The translations under genes were made by a program, and so were the position numbers. The notes under the pieces are model-generated. The model did not search any database, was not told where the DNA came from, and was given only the letters and a program-made list of their open reading frames with translations. 64,000 bases of DNA from Archangium sp. GTDB lineage: Bacteria > Myxococcota > Myxococcia > Myxococcales > Myxococcaceae. The stretch is taken from positions 1,112 to 65,111 of the forward strand of contig JAUYRZ010000112.1 of assembly GCA_030695565.1 (NCBI GenBank), given 5' to 3'. Within the stretch, counting starts at the first letter, position 1. The number at the start of each line of letters is the position of its first letter. This document shows, in pieces, positions 1-9,249 of this stretch.

Positions 1-96
1 CCTGGGGCTCCGCCGGTCCTCACCGGGGAGCTCGCCGTCTTCGAGAACGAGCCGGTGATGGTCAGCATCACGGTCGGCGTTGGCTTGTGTAGCGCT

Positions 97-1500
97 TCAG
101 TGTGCCAGAAGCGTGTTGCGCAGGATGAACGCGGCGACCGTGAAGTAGATCACGATGCCCGTGACGTCGACGATGGTGGCGACGAACGGCGCAGAGGCGG
201 CAGCGGGATCGAGGCCGAGGCGGCGCAACACGAAGGGCAACATCGAGCCGATCATCGCGCCGATCAGCACCACGCCGATGAGGCTCACCGAGACCGTCAA
301 CGCGACCTGCACGTAGTGCTCGCCGTAGCCGTGACTCAAGACGCCGTACCGATGCAGCCACTCCCACGCGACCACGCGGAGGAAACCGATCACGGCGAGC
401 CCGATGCCGAGCAGCGCGCCACTGCGCAGCTCACGCAACGCCACCTTCCACCAATCCGACAGCTCGATTTCCCGCAGGGCGAGCGCGCGAATGATGAGCG
501 AGGTGGCCTGGCTGCCCGAGTTGCCGCCCGAGGCGATGATCAAGGGGAGAAACAGCGCGAGCACCTCGGCGCGCAGCAGCTCGGCCTGAAAGCTCCCCAT
601 CGCGGTGGCGGTCAACATGCCGCCCAGGAGCAGGATCGCCAGCCACCCGCCGCGTTTGCGGAGCATCTCGAAGGTCGAGATCTCCATGTAGGGCGCCTCG
701 AGGGCTTCGAGACCACCGAGCTTCTGGATGTCTTCGGTGGCCTGCTCGGCCGCCACGTCGAGCACGTCGTCGGCGGTGATGATGCCCACCATCGCGCCGC
801 GCGAGTCGGTCACCGGCAAGGCCATCCGGTCGTACTTTTCGAACGTCGAGATGATCTCGTCTTTGGGCGCCGTGGCCGGAATCGCCACCAGCTGACGCGT
901 GGGCAGATCGCCGACCTTCGCCTCGGGCGCCGCCATCACCAGCTCGGCCAGGCGCAGATCCGCCATCAGCTCGCCGCGGTCATTGATGATGTACAGAATG
1001 TTGAGCGTCTCGCGGCCGCGCCCGTTCTTGCGGATCGCTTCGATGGCGTCGTGGGCGGTCATCGAGGGCCGCAGCGCCATGTACTCCGGCGTCATGTACC
1101 GGCCGGCCGTGTCTTCCGGATAGCCGAGCAGGGTGCGCGCGACCCGCAGCTCTTCGGCCGAGAGCTGTTCCAGCGCGCGTTTGGTCACCTCGGCCGGCAG
1201 CTCCTCGAACAGACGGGTGCGGTCGTCAGGGGCCATCTCGTTGAGCACGTTCTTGAGCTGGTCGCTGCCCAGCGTCTGAACGATCTCGGTCTGCTGATCG
1301 AGGGGGAGATACTCGAAGGCCACGCCTGCCACGTCGCGCGGCAGGATTCGAAAGATGAGCCCGGAGTCTTCCGCGGGGAGATCCTCCAGGATCTCCGCGA
1401 TGTCAGCGGGGTCGACCTCTTCGAATGCAATCCGCAAGGACTCCCAATCCTTCTTGCGGATCAGCTCCTCGTACTCGGGCTTGAGAAGATGACCGAGCAC
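97..1500 (-). CDS. mgtE: Magnesium transporter MgtE
   Basis: 467-aa ORF. N-terminal MgtE_N-like region, CBS-pair region (GIITADDVLDV), and a C-terminal 5-TM channel domain with ASGGNSGSQ and FVATIVDVTGIVIYF motifs typical of MgtE. Confidence 0.9.
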   Translation of the reverse strand: MLGHLLKPEYEELIRKKDWESLRIAFEEVDPADIAEILEDLPAEDSGLIFRILPRDVAGVAFEYLPLDQQTEIVQTLGSDQLKNVLNEMAPDDRTRLFEELPAEVTKRALEQLSAEELRVARTLLGYPEDTAGRYMTPEYMALRPSMTAHDAIEAIRKNGRGRETLNILYIINDRGELMADLRLAELVMAAPEAKVGDLPTRQLVAIPATAPKDEIISTFEKYDRMALPVTDSRGAMVGIITADDVLDVAAEQATEDIQKLGGLEALEAPYMEISTFEMLRKRGGWLAILLLGGMLTATAMGSFQAELLRAEVLALFLPLIIASGGNSGSQATSLIIRALALREIELSDWWKVALRELRSGALLGIGLAVIGFLRVVAWEWLHRYGVLSHGYGEHYVQVALTVSVSLIGVVLIGAMIGSMLPFVLRRLGLDPAAASAPFVATIVDVTGIVIYFTVAAFILRNTLLAH

Positions 1501-1517
1501 TCAGAGCTCCGAAGCGT

Positions 1518-1844
1518 TCAGAGGACCTTCTTGATGCTGTCCTCGAGCTTCGACTTGGGGGCCGCCCCGACGAGCTGCTCGACCACCTTGCCTCCCTTGA
1601 ACATCAAGAGGGTGGGGATGGAGCGGATGCCGAACTGCTCGGCGGTGGCCTGGTTCTCGTCGACATCGACCTTGGCGATCTTCAGCTGCCCTTTGTACTG
1701 GGTGGCCAGCTCCTCCAACGCGGGGGCGATGGCGCGGCAGGGCGCGCACCAGGTGGCCCAGAAATCCACCAACACCGGGGTCTGGGAATCGAGGACCTCG
1801 CTCTTGAAGGTCGCATCGAGGACAGTGACGGTGTCTTTGCTCAT
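1518..1844 (-). CDS. trxA: Thioredoxin
   Basis: 108 aa with thioredoxin fold signature [14 protein letters not shown]. The active site is WCAPC, a variant of the canonical WCGPC. It lies 17 nt upstream of mgtE on the same strand. Confidence 0.9.
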   Translation of the reverse strand: MSKDTVTVLDATFKSEVLDSQTPVLVDFWATWCAPCRAIAPALEELATQYKGQLKIAKVDVDENQATAEQFGIRSIPTLLMFKGGKVVEQLVGAAPKSKLEDSIKKVL

Positions 1845-1949
1845 GGCTGGAATTTTCCTGAATGGGAAAGAAGTGACGCTTGGGGACGCTGTGGCTTTGG
1901 ACTTTGGACCGTCAGGGATTTAATACCCAAGTCCGCCGCATGCAGGGCA

Positions 1950-2342
1950 GTGAAAAAGAGGAACCACGTGAAGCTCTTTCTGCCGCACAAGACTCTCGAG
2001 GACTGGATGGTCTCCGAGAAGGCCGATCTTCAGGACGGCAAACTCTTCGTGACCGAGGGGAAAGCGAGCTTTCCGGTCGCGGCCGGCGTGCACTTCGCCA
2101 AGCTGGTCTCGGGTGAAGACACCCAGGGGCTGCTGGGGCGGGTGAAGACCTCTGCCCAGCTGTCCGCCCTCAACGCCGAACACTTTCAAGACTCCTGCAT
2201 CGTGGGCGAAGCGGCCTACGAGGTGGTCGAAGGCTACGTCACCGAGGTGGCGGCGGCTGCGACGGCCAGGAGCGACCCCAAGAAGAAGACGGGCTCGCCC
2301 GAGGCCGATCTCCTCGCGGCCTTCATTCTCGACAAGCTCTAG
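1950..2342 (+). CDS. Hypothetical protein
   Basis: 130-aa ORF with strong G/C third-position bias, divergent from trxA. An alternative GTG start at 1968 is preceded by AAGAGGA. No recognisable motif. Confidence 0.5.
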   Translation: MKKRNHVKLFLPHKTLEDWMVSEKADLQDGKLFVTEGKASFPVAAGVHFAKLVSGEDTQGLLGRVKTSAQLSALNAEHFQDSCIVGEAAYEVVEGYVTEVAAAATARSDPKKKTGSPEADLLAAFILDKL

Positions 2343-2351
2343 AGGCTGCCT

Positions 2352-3134
2352 TTGGCGCGCGTGCTCCTGCTGACGCCGCCTGAGCAGGCGGCCGACCTCG
2401 CATTTCTGCTCGAAGAAGAGGGCCACGAGCCCTGTTTCTGGCCCGTGCTGGGCGCTCCGGGTGAGCTGCCGCTGGGCTTGCGAGCGGTGGCCGAGCAGCT
2501 TCACCGGGTGACCTGGGTGGTGGCGATCGGCCGCGGCCCTCTCAGAGCGTTTCTGGAGTCGGTCAACCGCGCCGGGACCCGCCGGGCGCTCGACAAGGTG
2601 CAGTGGCTGGCCGCCGACGCGCCGACCGCCCGGGCGATCGCCCGTCAGGGTGGAACGGTGAGGGTGCCCGGCGACGGCAAGTGGACCTCGGCGGTCTCGG
2701 GGCTGCTCACCAGCGATGACGAAGTGCTGGTGCTCCACGAAGGCGAAGCCCCGGAGATCCTGCTCGACTCGCTCGACGCCGCGGGCGTGGGCTTCACCCA
2801 GGTGGCCGTGCCGCCGTCAGCAGGTTCAGGTCTGCTCTCGACCGATGCGCACCGGGTGGTGATCGTTCATTCGGCCGCTGCTGGAGAAGCCTTCGTCGAG
2901 CTGACCCAGGGCCTGCCGGTGTCCGCGCCTCACGCTGCGCAGTGCTGCGGGCCGGTGGTCGCTGAAGTGGTGCACGGCTCCCGGTCGGTGCTCAGTGAAG
3001 GCCTGCGCGTGGTGGCCACCACGGCCGCCGCTGCTGCTGCCCTCGAGTCGTTGGGTGTGGAGGTGTACGCCACCGCCGCGGCCGCCGCCGCCGACGCAGT
3101 GGTGGATGCCGCGCTCAAGGCGCTCTCGGAGTAG
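2352..3134 (+). CDS. Uroporphyrinogen-III synthase (HemD/HEM4)-like protein
   Basis: 260-aa ORF. Its two-lobed alpha/beta pattern (RVLLLTPPEQA..., later RVVIVHSAAAGEAF) resembles HemD-family proteins. This is weak, by-eye similarity only. Confidence 0.4.
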   Translation: MARVLLLTPPEQAADLAFLLEEEGHEPCFWPVLGAPGELPLGLRAVAEQLHRVTWVVAIGRGPLRAFLESVNRAGTRRALDKVQWLAADAPTARAIARQGGTVRVPGDGKWTSAVSGLLTSDDEVLVLHEGEAPEILLDSLDAAGVGFTQVAVPPSAGSGLLSTDAHRVVIVHSAAAGEAFVELTQGLPVSAPHAAQCCGPVVAEVVHGSRSVLSEGLRVVATTAAAAAALESLGVEVYATAAAAAADAVVDAALKALSE

Positions 3135-3147
3135 GCTCGCCGCCTTC

Positions 3148-3642
3148 ATGCGTCCACTTCCAATCCTGGCAGGCCTGCTGGCGCTGCCGACCCTCGCGCT
3201 GGCGACGACCCTCGTTCCTCACACGCTGGCCCAACGCGCCGAGCAGTCGGATCGGGTGGTGCTGGTGCAGGTCATCTCGCAGACGCTCGAGGAGACCCCC
3301 GGCGCCGCGATTCCGCTCAAGACGATCACCACCGTGGTGGTGGGCAAAGACCTTCGGGGGAGCGGACCTTCTCAGCTCAACGTGGTGCAGCTCGGCGGCA
3401 AACGCGGGCTCGAGTCGATGCAGGTGCCCGGTGACGCGAAGTTCAACGTGGGTGAGACGGCGGTGCTGTTCCTCCGCTGCCGCCTCGCCGTCGACCGGTG
3501 CCACCTGGTGGCCATGAGCGCGGGCAAGCTCGACGTCGCAGGTGAAGAGGTGTTCGTGAAGGATCTCTTCACCGGCAAGTGGGGCAAACGCACGCTGACC
3601 GAGCTCAGCGCCGAGCTCTCGCCTGGCCCGGTGAAGCGATGA
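3148..3642 (+). CDS. Secreted hypothetical protein
   Basis: Internal ATG at 3148 gives an N-terminal signal peptide, MRPLPILAGLLALPTLALA. The stop overlaps the next gene start (ATGA at 3639-3642). Confidence 0.55.
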   Translation: MRPLPILAGLLALPTLALATTLVPHTLAQRAEQSDRVVLVQVISQTLEETPGAAIPLKTITTVVVGKDLRGSGPSQLNVVQLGGKRGLESMQVPGDAKFNVGETAVLFLRCRLAVDRCHLVAMSAGKLDVAGEEVFVKDLFTGKWGKRTLTELSAELSPGPVKR

Positions 3643-5381
3643 AGCGCTTCGCACTGGTGGCCTTGCTCTGCGTCGCGAGCGCTGCGTCGGCGCAGGACTA
3701 CCTCGACTACAAGATGCTCAGCACCGCGCAGCAGAAGTTCCCGGTCTACGTCGACTCGAGAAGCCAGACGCCCGCGGGGCTGCAGTACACCCTGATGCAG
3801 AACGCCTCGAACCGCGCCTGGGACACCTGGAACGCGGTGCAGTGCGCGTACCCCAAGGTGCAGTACCTGGGGCCCTCGGTGGGCACGGTGCCCAACCCCA
3901 ATCAGAGCTTCGACAACTTCTCGGTCTCGCCCATCTGGATGCTGGTGGCCGACGCCGACGCGGCGCAGGTCTTCGGGAACTCCGGGTTGGTGGCGGCGAT
4001 CACCTTGCCGCGGGCGTATGCGGGCATCTTGCAGACGTGCGACACGTACTTCAACGCGCCGGGCTTCTCGTGGTCGGTCGACCCGGTGACGCCGGCCAAC
4101 TCGATGGACTTCGAGACCGTGGCGCTGCACGAGCAGGGTCACTGCTTCGGCCTGGGTCACTTCGGGCTGTTCGATGACGTGGTGATGGAAGAGCGCATCT
4201 CGCGCGGCGAGACGTTGCGCGTGCTGTCCCCGATGGACGTGCAGATGTTGTGCACCCGCTACCCGCTGGCCGGCGAGTCGGCGTCTCCCTGCTACGCGGA
4301 CGGCGGCTGTGCCCAGGTGGATCTCAAGTGTCTGGCCCAGCCGGTGACCAACGGGCTGACCGTCAGCCTGTGCACCCGCGGCTGCTCGGTGGGCGCGAAC
4401 GCGAACTGCGATCTCCCGCTCAACTGCCAGGCCTCCATGGCCTTCAATGGTTTCACGGGCGCCTGCGTGTTGCCCGGGAGCATCGTCACGCAGGTGGGCC
4501 GCAACTGCACCATGAACCCCGACTGCGGTAACTCGTTCGGCTACTGCCGCACCCCAGAGGCCGCTTCGGGGGGCAACTTCACGTGGATCGACGGGTACTG
4601 CACCCAGGCCTGTGAGCCCGGTCAGCCACCGTGCCCCGCAGGTTCGCTCTGCGTGCAGGCGGGCCCGGGTGATCGGTGCCTGCAGACCTGCCGCGTGGGG
4701 CTGGCCGATTGCCGGGTGAACTACGCGTGCGCCCAGGTCGACGCCATCGGCACCACGGGCGTGTGCATTCCGCGCTGCTTCTCGGATCAGGATTGCGTCG
4801 ACCCGACACGGTTCACCTGCCGCACCTGCGATGGCTTGTGCGTGGCGCGGCAGAACCCCGCGGGCCAGCTGGGCAACCCCTGCTTGCAAGACGCGGAGTG
4901 TGGCCCCGGTCAGGTCTGCCGGATCACCGATCTGCAGAGCACCCAGAAGCAGTGCGTGCAGCAGTGTTCACGCGGCTGCGGCATCTGCCCCACGGGGAGC
5001 ACGTGCACCCCTTCCGCGCGCGGCGAGCTGTTCTGTTTGAAGGACTGCACCGGGCCGGGCACCTGTGGCCCTGCGCTGCGCTGCGCCGACACGCAGGTGG
5101 GCAAGAGCTGTCTGCCTGGCTGCAGCGGCGACGCGAACTGCCCGGTGGGCCAGTTCTGCAGCATGGGCGAGTGCTACACGCCGATGGAAGGTGACGGGGG
5201 CTGTTCGGCGCTGCAGTGCCGCCCCGATGCCGGCCGGCCGATCGTGGTCACCCCCAAAGACGCGGGCACCGGCAATGGTGGCACGGGCGGCTGCGGCTGC
5301 ACCACGGTCCCTCCTTCGTTCGCCTTCGTGCTGCTCGGGCTGCTCACGCTCGTGTCTCGCCGTCGTTTCAAGGAGCCTTGA
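3639..5381 (+). CDS. Secreted metzincin-type zinc metalloprotease with Cys-rich repeats and MYXO-CTERM sorting tag
   Basis: ATG at 3639 gives signal peptide MKRFALVALLCVASAASA. Zinc motif HEQGHCFGLGH (HExxHxxGxxH). About 300 aa of Cys-rich repeats follow. The C-terminus GGCGCTTVPPSFAFVLLGLLTLVSRRRF matches the MYXO-CTERM pattern (GC, hydrophobic helix, RRR). Confidence 0.8.
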   Translation: MKRFALVALLCVASAASAQDYLDYKMLSTAQQKFPVYVDSRSQTPAGLQYTLMQNASNRAWDTWNAVQCAYPKVQYLGPSVGTVPNPNQSFDNFSVSPIWMLVADADAAQVFGNSGLVAAITLPRAYAGILQTCDTYFNAPGFSWSVDPVTPANSMDFETVALHEQGHCFGLGHFGLFDDVVMEERISRGETLRVLSPMDVQMLCTRYPLAGESASPCYADGGCAQVDLKCLAQPVTNGLTVSLCTRGCSVGANANCDLPLNCQASMAFNGFTGACVLPGSIVTQVGRNCTMNPDCGNSFGYCRTPEAASGGNFTWIDGYCTQACEPGQPPCPAGSLCVQAGPGDRCLQTCRVGLADCRVNYACAQVDAIGTTGVCIPRCFSDQDCVDPTRFTCRTCDGLCVARQNPAGQLGNPCLQDAECGPGQVCRITDLQSTQKQCVQQCSRGCGICPTGSTCTPSARGELFCLKDCTGPGTCGPALRCADTQVGKSCLPGCSGDANCPVGQFCSMGECYTPMEGDGGCSALQCRPDAGRPIVVTPKDAGTGNGGTGGCGCTTVPPSFAFVLLGLLTLVSRRRFKEP

Positions 5382-5383
5382 TC

Positions 5384-7204
5384 GTGGCGACCGCCGTCGT
5401 GCAGGAGCGCCGTCGCGCGCAAGACTTCACGCTGACCTGGTTGTTGGACGCGCTCGTCACGGCGGGCTCGTTGAGCAAGACCCAGGCCTCGGACATCGCG
5501 GCCAAGCAGGCCCAGGCCAGTGCGCGGGTGCTCAAGAGCATGGGCGCCGAGCGCTACGTGGTCTCGCCCATCGAGATCGTCGCGGCCTTTCAGATCCCCG
5601 TGGGCACGCGGGCGGGTGAAGTGCTCGATCAGGATCGGGTGTGCGAGGTGGCCGCGAAGGCGGCGGGCGTGACGTATCGGAAGATCGATCCACTCAAGCT
5701 CGACATGAACCTCGCCGCGAAGATGGTGAGCAAGCCCTACGCGCAGAAGCACTGCATCCTCGCGCTCGATGGCGGCACCGGCCCGGGCGTTCCGCTGGTG
5801 GTCGCGGTGGCCAACCCCTTCGATCACGAGCTGTTCGAGAACCTGGCGCGCCTATCGAACACCCAGATCGTGCCGGTGCTCTCGGCGAAGAACGACATCC
5901 TCAAGGGCATCGCCGACGTCTACGGTTTCAAGCGCACGCTCGCCGCGGCCGCCGTCGAACACGCCGAGGCGACGCAGGGCATCACCAACTTCGAGCAGCT
6001 GGTCTCGTTGTCCACGGGGCGCGAGCTCGATGCGGGTGACAAGCCGGTCATTCAGGCCGTCGACTACCTGCTGCGCTACGCCTTCGACAACCGCGCCAGT
6101 GACGTGCACGTCGAGCCCAAGCGCGATTCGTCGCTGGTGCGCCTGCGCATCGATGGCGTGTTGCACGGCGTGTACACGTTGCCAGGTCAGCTCCACCTGC
6201 CGATCGTCGCGCGCATCAAGACCATCTCGCGGCTCGACATCTCGGAGAAGCGCAAGCCGCAAGACGGCCGCATCAAGGTCGATCGCGATGGGCGCGAGGT
6301 CGAGATCCGCGTCAGCACGCTGCCCACGGCCTTCGGCGAGAAGGTGGTCATGCGCATCTTCGACCCCGAGACGCTCGCGGTCGACGTCACGCGGCTGGGC
6401 TTCGATGAGATGGAGCAGCGCATCTTCGAGGGGTGGATCGCCGAGCCCCACGGCCTCATCCTGGTCACCGGGCCGACCGGCAGCGGCAAGACCACCACGC
6501 TCTATTCAGCGCTCAAGGCCCTCGCCGGGCCCGACGTCAACGTCACGACCATCGAAGATCCCATCGAGATGGTGTGGGACGCGTTCAATCAGGTGCAGGT
6601 GCAGCCGAAGGTCGGCCTCGACTTCGCCAACGCGCTGCGCCACATCCTCCGGCAGGATCCCGACATCATCATGGTCGGGGAGATCCGCGACGCCGAGACC
6701 GCGGAGAACGCGGTGCAGTCGGCGCTCACCGGTCACCTGGTGCTCTCCACGCTGCACACCAACGACTCCTTCGGCGCAGTGAACCGGCTGATGGATCTCG
6801 AGGTGCCCCCGTTTCTCTTGAGCTCGGCGTTGCTGGGCGTGATGGCGCAGCGCCTGGTGCGCAAGGTGTGTGGCTCGTGCAGCCAGCCGGTGCAGTTGTC
6901 GCAGGAGCAGGTCGCGGCGCTGGGAGCTCCGATTCCCCTGCTGCCGGGCGGGCCGAAGTTCATGAAGGGCGCTGGCTGTGTGAAGTGCAGAGGCACGGGG
7001 TACCTGGGGCGCACGGCGGTGTTCGAGATCTTCACCGCGACGCAGGAGATCAAACAGATGATCGCGAAGAAGGCGCCTCCCGAGCAGCTGGTCGCCGCGG
7101 CGCGCGCCATGGGCCTGCGGACACTTCGAGAGGCTGCGGTGCGCAAACTGGCCGAGGGAGAAACCACCTTCGAAGAGGTGCTGCGCATGACCACGGTGGG
7201 GTAG
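5384..7204 (+). CDS. GspE/PilB-family secretion ATPase (orphan)
   Basis: GTG at 5384 lies 8 nt after AAGGAG. N-terminal T2SSE_N/MshEN-like region, Walker A GPTGSGKTT, Asp/His boxes, and a tetracysteine cluster CGSC...CVKCRGTGYLGR. No other T2SS or T4P genes are nearby. Confidence 0.85.
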   Translation: MATAVVQERRRAQDFTLTWLLDALVTAGSLSKTQASDIAAKQAQASARVLKSMGAERYVVSPIEIVAAFQIPVGTRAGEVLDQDRVCEVAAKAAGVTYRKIDPLKLDMNLAAKMVSKPYAQKHCILALDGGTGPGVPLVVAVANPFDHELFENLARLSNTQIVPVLSAKNDILKGIADVYGFKRTLAAAAVEHAEATQGITNFEQLVSLSTGRELDAGDKPVIQAVDYLLRYAFDNRASDVHVEPKRDSSLVRLRIDGVLHGVYTLPGQLHLPIVARIKTISRLDISEKRKPQDGRIKVDRDGREVEIRVSTLPTAFGEKVVMRIFDPETLAVDVTRLGFDEMEQRIFEGWIAEPHGLILVTGPTGSGKTTTLYSALKALAGPDVNVTTIEDPIEMVWDAFNQVQVQPKVGLDFANALRHILRQDPDIIMVGEIRDAETAENAVQSALTGHLVLSTLHTNDSFGAVNRLMDLEVPPFLLSSALLGVMAQRLVRKVCGSCSQPVQLSQEQVAALGAPIPLLPGGPKFMKGAGCVKCRGTGYLGRTAVFEIFTATQEIKQMIAKKAPPEQLVAAARAMGLRTLREAAVRKLAEGETTFEEVLRMTTVG

Positions 7205-7215
7205 ATGGTGGGCGT

Positions 7216-7238
7216 GAGGGCGGAAGGCAAACGCCCTC
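7216..7238 (+). other. Intercistronic hairpin (GAGGGCG-N9-CGCCCTC) after the ATPase stop
   Basis: Perfect 7-bp stem read directly from the sequence. No U-tract follows, so it is not a canonical terminator. Confidence 0.3.
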
Positions 7239-7291
7239 ATGGAAGAGTAGGTTGTCTGGCTGTCTTCAGCTCGCGCTCGAGGGGTCCATCG

Positions 7292-8662
7292 ATGAAGGTT
7301 CAAAGAGGCCAGGCCACACCCGTTCCTTCGACTGCACCCGGGGCGCCCGCGGCGGCTGCTCCGAAGACGGCTGAGGTCAACAAGGGGTGGGGCGCCAAGG
7401 CGGGGCAGGCTGGTGCTGCGCCTGTCTTGAAGCCGGTCAGCACGAACGCCGTGCCGAAGCCCGGCGTGCGCAGCGCGGTGTTCGAAGCGCAGCTCGATCG
7501 CGACACCCAGTCGCGCAGCCTCGCAGGCAACAAGGTCTCGATGCTGTTCGACGGCGTCAACTCGTTCGCCGAGCGCAACAAGATGATCGACGGCGCGAAG
7601 GAGTCGATCTGCTTTCAGACCTTCATCTTCAACTCCGATGAGACGGGCTGGGCGCTGGCGAAGAAGCTGGCCGCCAAGGCGCAGGAGGGCGTGCAGGTTC
7701 GCGTCATCTACGACGCGATGGGCAGCGGCCGGGCCGACCCCAAGATGTTCGAGCTGATGAAGAACGCCGGCGTCGACGTGAAGGCCTACGGCGAGAAGTA
7801 CAAGGTCTGGGACCTGAACGATCGTTGGCACGAGAAGCACCTGATCGTCGACGGCAAGGCGTCGGTGCAGGGCGGCATGAACATCGCCGACGAGTACGCG
7901 CTGGGCGGCTCGGGCAAGCAGATCTTCTCGCGCGGCGACGGCGTGGGCTCCGAGGCCTGGCGCGACGCCGACATGAAGCTCGAAGGGCCCGCGGTGGCCG
8001 ACACCATGAAGGCCTTCACGCGCAATTGGGACGAGCTGGGCGGCAAGCTGTCGGACGCCGATCGCCAGAAGCTGTTCCCGAAGTTGTCCGAGGTGAGCGG
8101 CGGCCCGTCGGTGCGCGTGGTGCAGAGCAACCCCGAGGTGAAGGGGCTGGTGGGCACCACCGACAAGCTCTACCTGCGTTCGATCGAGAACGCGCAGAAG
8201 AGCATCACCATCGAGAACGCGTACTTCCTGCCGCCCCCGGAGATCCGGAAAGCCCTCATCGACGCGGCCAAACGCGGCGTCGAAGTGAAGGTGATGAGCA
8301 ACAGCAAGGCCTCGAACGACATGGGCTTCGTGTCGGACGCCGCGCGGTATTTCTACGACGACATGCTCAAAGCCGGCGTGCAGATCTTCGAGAAGCACGG
8401 CGGCACGCTGCACTCGAAGACCGCCACCTTCGACGGCGAGTTCAGCGTGGTGGGCTCGGTCAACATGAACGGGCGCTCGAAGAACACCGACGCCGAGGTG
8501 GCGCTCGCCGTTCAGGATGACGCGACGGCCCGGCAGTTGGAAAACCGTTTCGCGGCGGGCCTCAAGGAGACCGTGAAGGTCACCCTGGCCGAGCTCAAGA
8601 AGGAGTCCTTCATGACGAACTTGAAGCAGTGGGCGCTCTCCACGATGGCGTGGACGTTCTGA
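7292..8662 (+). CDS. Phospholipase D / cardiolipin synthase-like protein (two HKD motifs)
   Basis: ATG at 7292 is preceded by GAGGGG. HKD motifs WHEKHLIVDGKASVQGGMNIADEY and LHSKTATFDGEFSVVGSVNMNGRS. About 60 aa of Pro/Ala-rich N-terminus with no obvious signal peptide. Confidence 0.8.
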   Translation: MKVQRGQATPVPSTAPGAPAAAAPKTAEVNKGWGAKAGQAGAAPVLKPVSTNAVPKPGVRSAVFEAQLDRDTQSRSLAGNKVSMLFDGVNSFAERNKMIDGAKESICFQTFIFNSDETGWALAKKLAAKAQEGVQVRVIYDAMGSGRADPKMFELMKNAGVDVKAYGEKYKVWDLNDRWHEKHLIVDGKASVQGGMNIADEYALGGSGKQIFSRGDGVGSEAWRDADMKLEGPAVADTMKAFTRNWDELGGKLSDADRQKLFPKLSEVSGGPSVRVVQSNPEVKGLVGTTDKLYLRSIENAQKSITIENAYFLPPPEIRKALIDAAKRGVEVKVMSNSKASNDMGFVSDAARYFYDDMLKAGVQIFEKHGGTLHSKTATFDGEFSVVGSVNMNGRSKNTDAEVALAVQDDATARQLENRFAAGLKETVKVTLAELKKESFMTNLKQWALSTMAWTF

Positions 8663-8664
8663 CC

Positions 8665-9249
8665 ATGTCGCTCGAGAACGCGCTGACCGTGGCCCGGCAG
8701 AAAGAACAGGCGGGCGATCTGCCGGGGGCCGTGTTGGCGCTCGAGTCGGCTCCCGAAAAGGAGCGCACCGGTGCGTGGCACTACGCGCGCGGGGCGATGG
8801 CGGTGCGGGCAGGCCAGCTCGACGAGGCGGTCGGGCAGCTCGAGCTGGCGGTGAAACGAGAGCCGGAGATCGCGGAGTACCGCTCGAACCTCGGCGCGGC
8901 GTTGCTGGAGAAGCTGAAGGCGGGCGACGCGGCGGCTGGGAAGGGCGCGTTGGAGCAGCTGGAGCTCGCGGTGCAGTGGGGCGCCACGTTGCCCGAGGTG
9001 TACGCGAATCTGTCGTTCGCCCGGTTGGCGGATGGCAACGCGCTGGGGGCGCTCGCGGCCGCCGACATCGGCCTCCGCATCGATGAGAAACACGTGCCTT
9101 CGTTGTTCAACCGCGCCGCCGCGCTCAACGCCCTCAAGCAGTACGGCACCTGCATCGACACGCTCGATGAGCTCTTGAAGCTGTCGCCGGGCTTTGCGCC
9201 GGCCGTGCAGAGCCGGGCCAACACCCTTGCGAGGATGAAGAACATTTGA
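8665..9249 (+). CDS. TPR repeat protein
   Basis: ATG at 8665 lies 3 nt after the PLD stop. Repeated A/L/Y-rich 34-aa helical repeats are visible. Confidence 0.65.
   Translation: MSLENALTVARQKEQAGDLPGAVLALESAPEKERTGAWHYARGAMAVRAGQLDEAVGQLELAVKREPEIAEYRSNLGAALLEKLKAGDAAAGKGALEQLELAVQWGATLPEVYANLSFARLADGNALGALAAADIGLRIDEKHVPSLFNRAAALNALKQYGTCIDTLDELLKLSPGFAPAVQSRANTLARMKNI

Noticed and set aside
1-68. Possible start of another minus-strand gene (ATG at 68, MLTITGSFSKTASSPVRTGGAP...) running off the left edge, downstream of mgtE.
   Set aside because: Only about 22 codons are visible. The codon-bias signal is shared with the complementary frame, so it cannot be supported.
1501-1517. M-box (Mg) riboswitch upstream of mgtE.
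   Set aside because: Only 17 nt separate mgtE from trxA, so there is no room for a riboswitch.
55-1923. Very long ORFs antisense to real genes. Examples: 55..1923 (+), 3372..4889 (-), 6506..8413 (-), 8781..10709 (-), 11581..13194 (-), 15731..17353 (+), 44240..45622 (-), 46123..47601 (+), 56119..58224 (-).
   Set aside because: Their translations are Arg/Gly/His/Pro-rich low-complexity sequences with no motifs. They are shadow frames expected in high-GC DNA opposite genes that have clear domain signatures.
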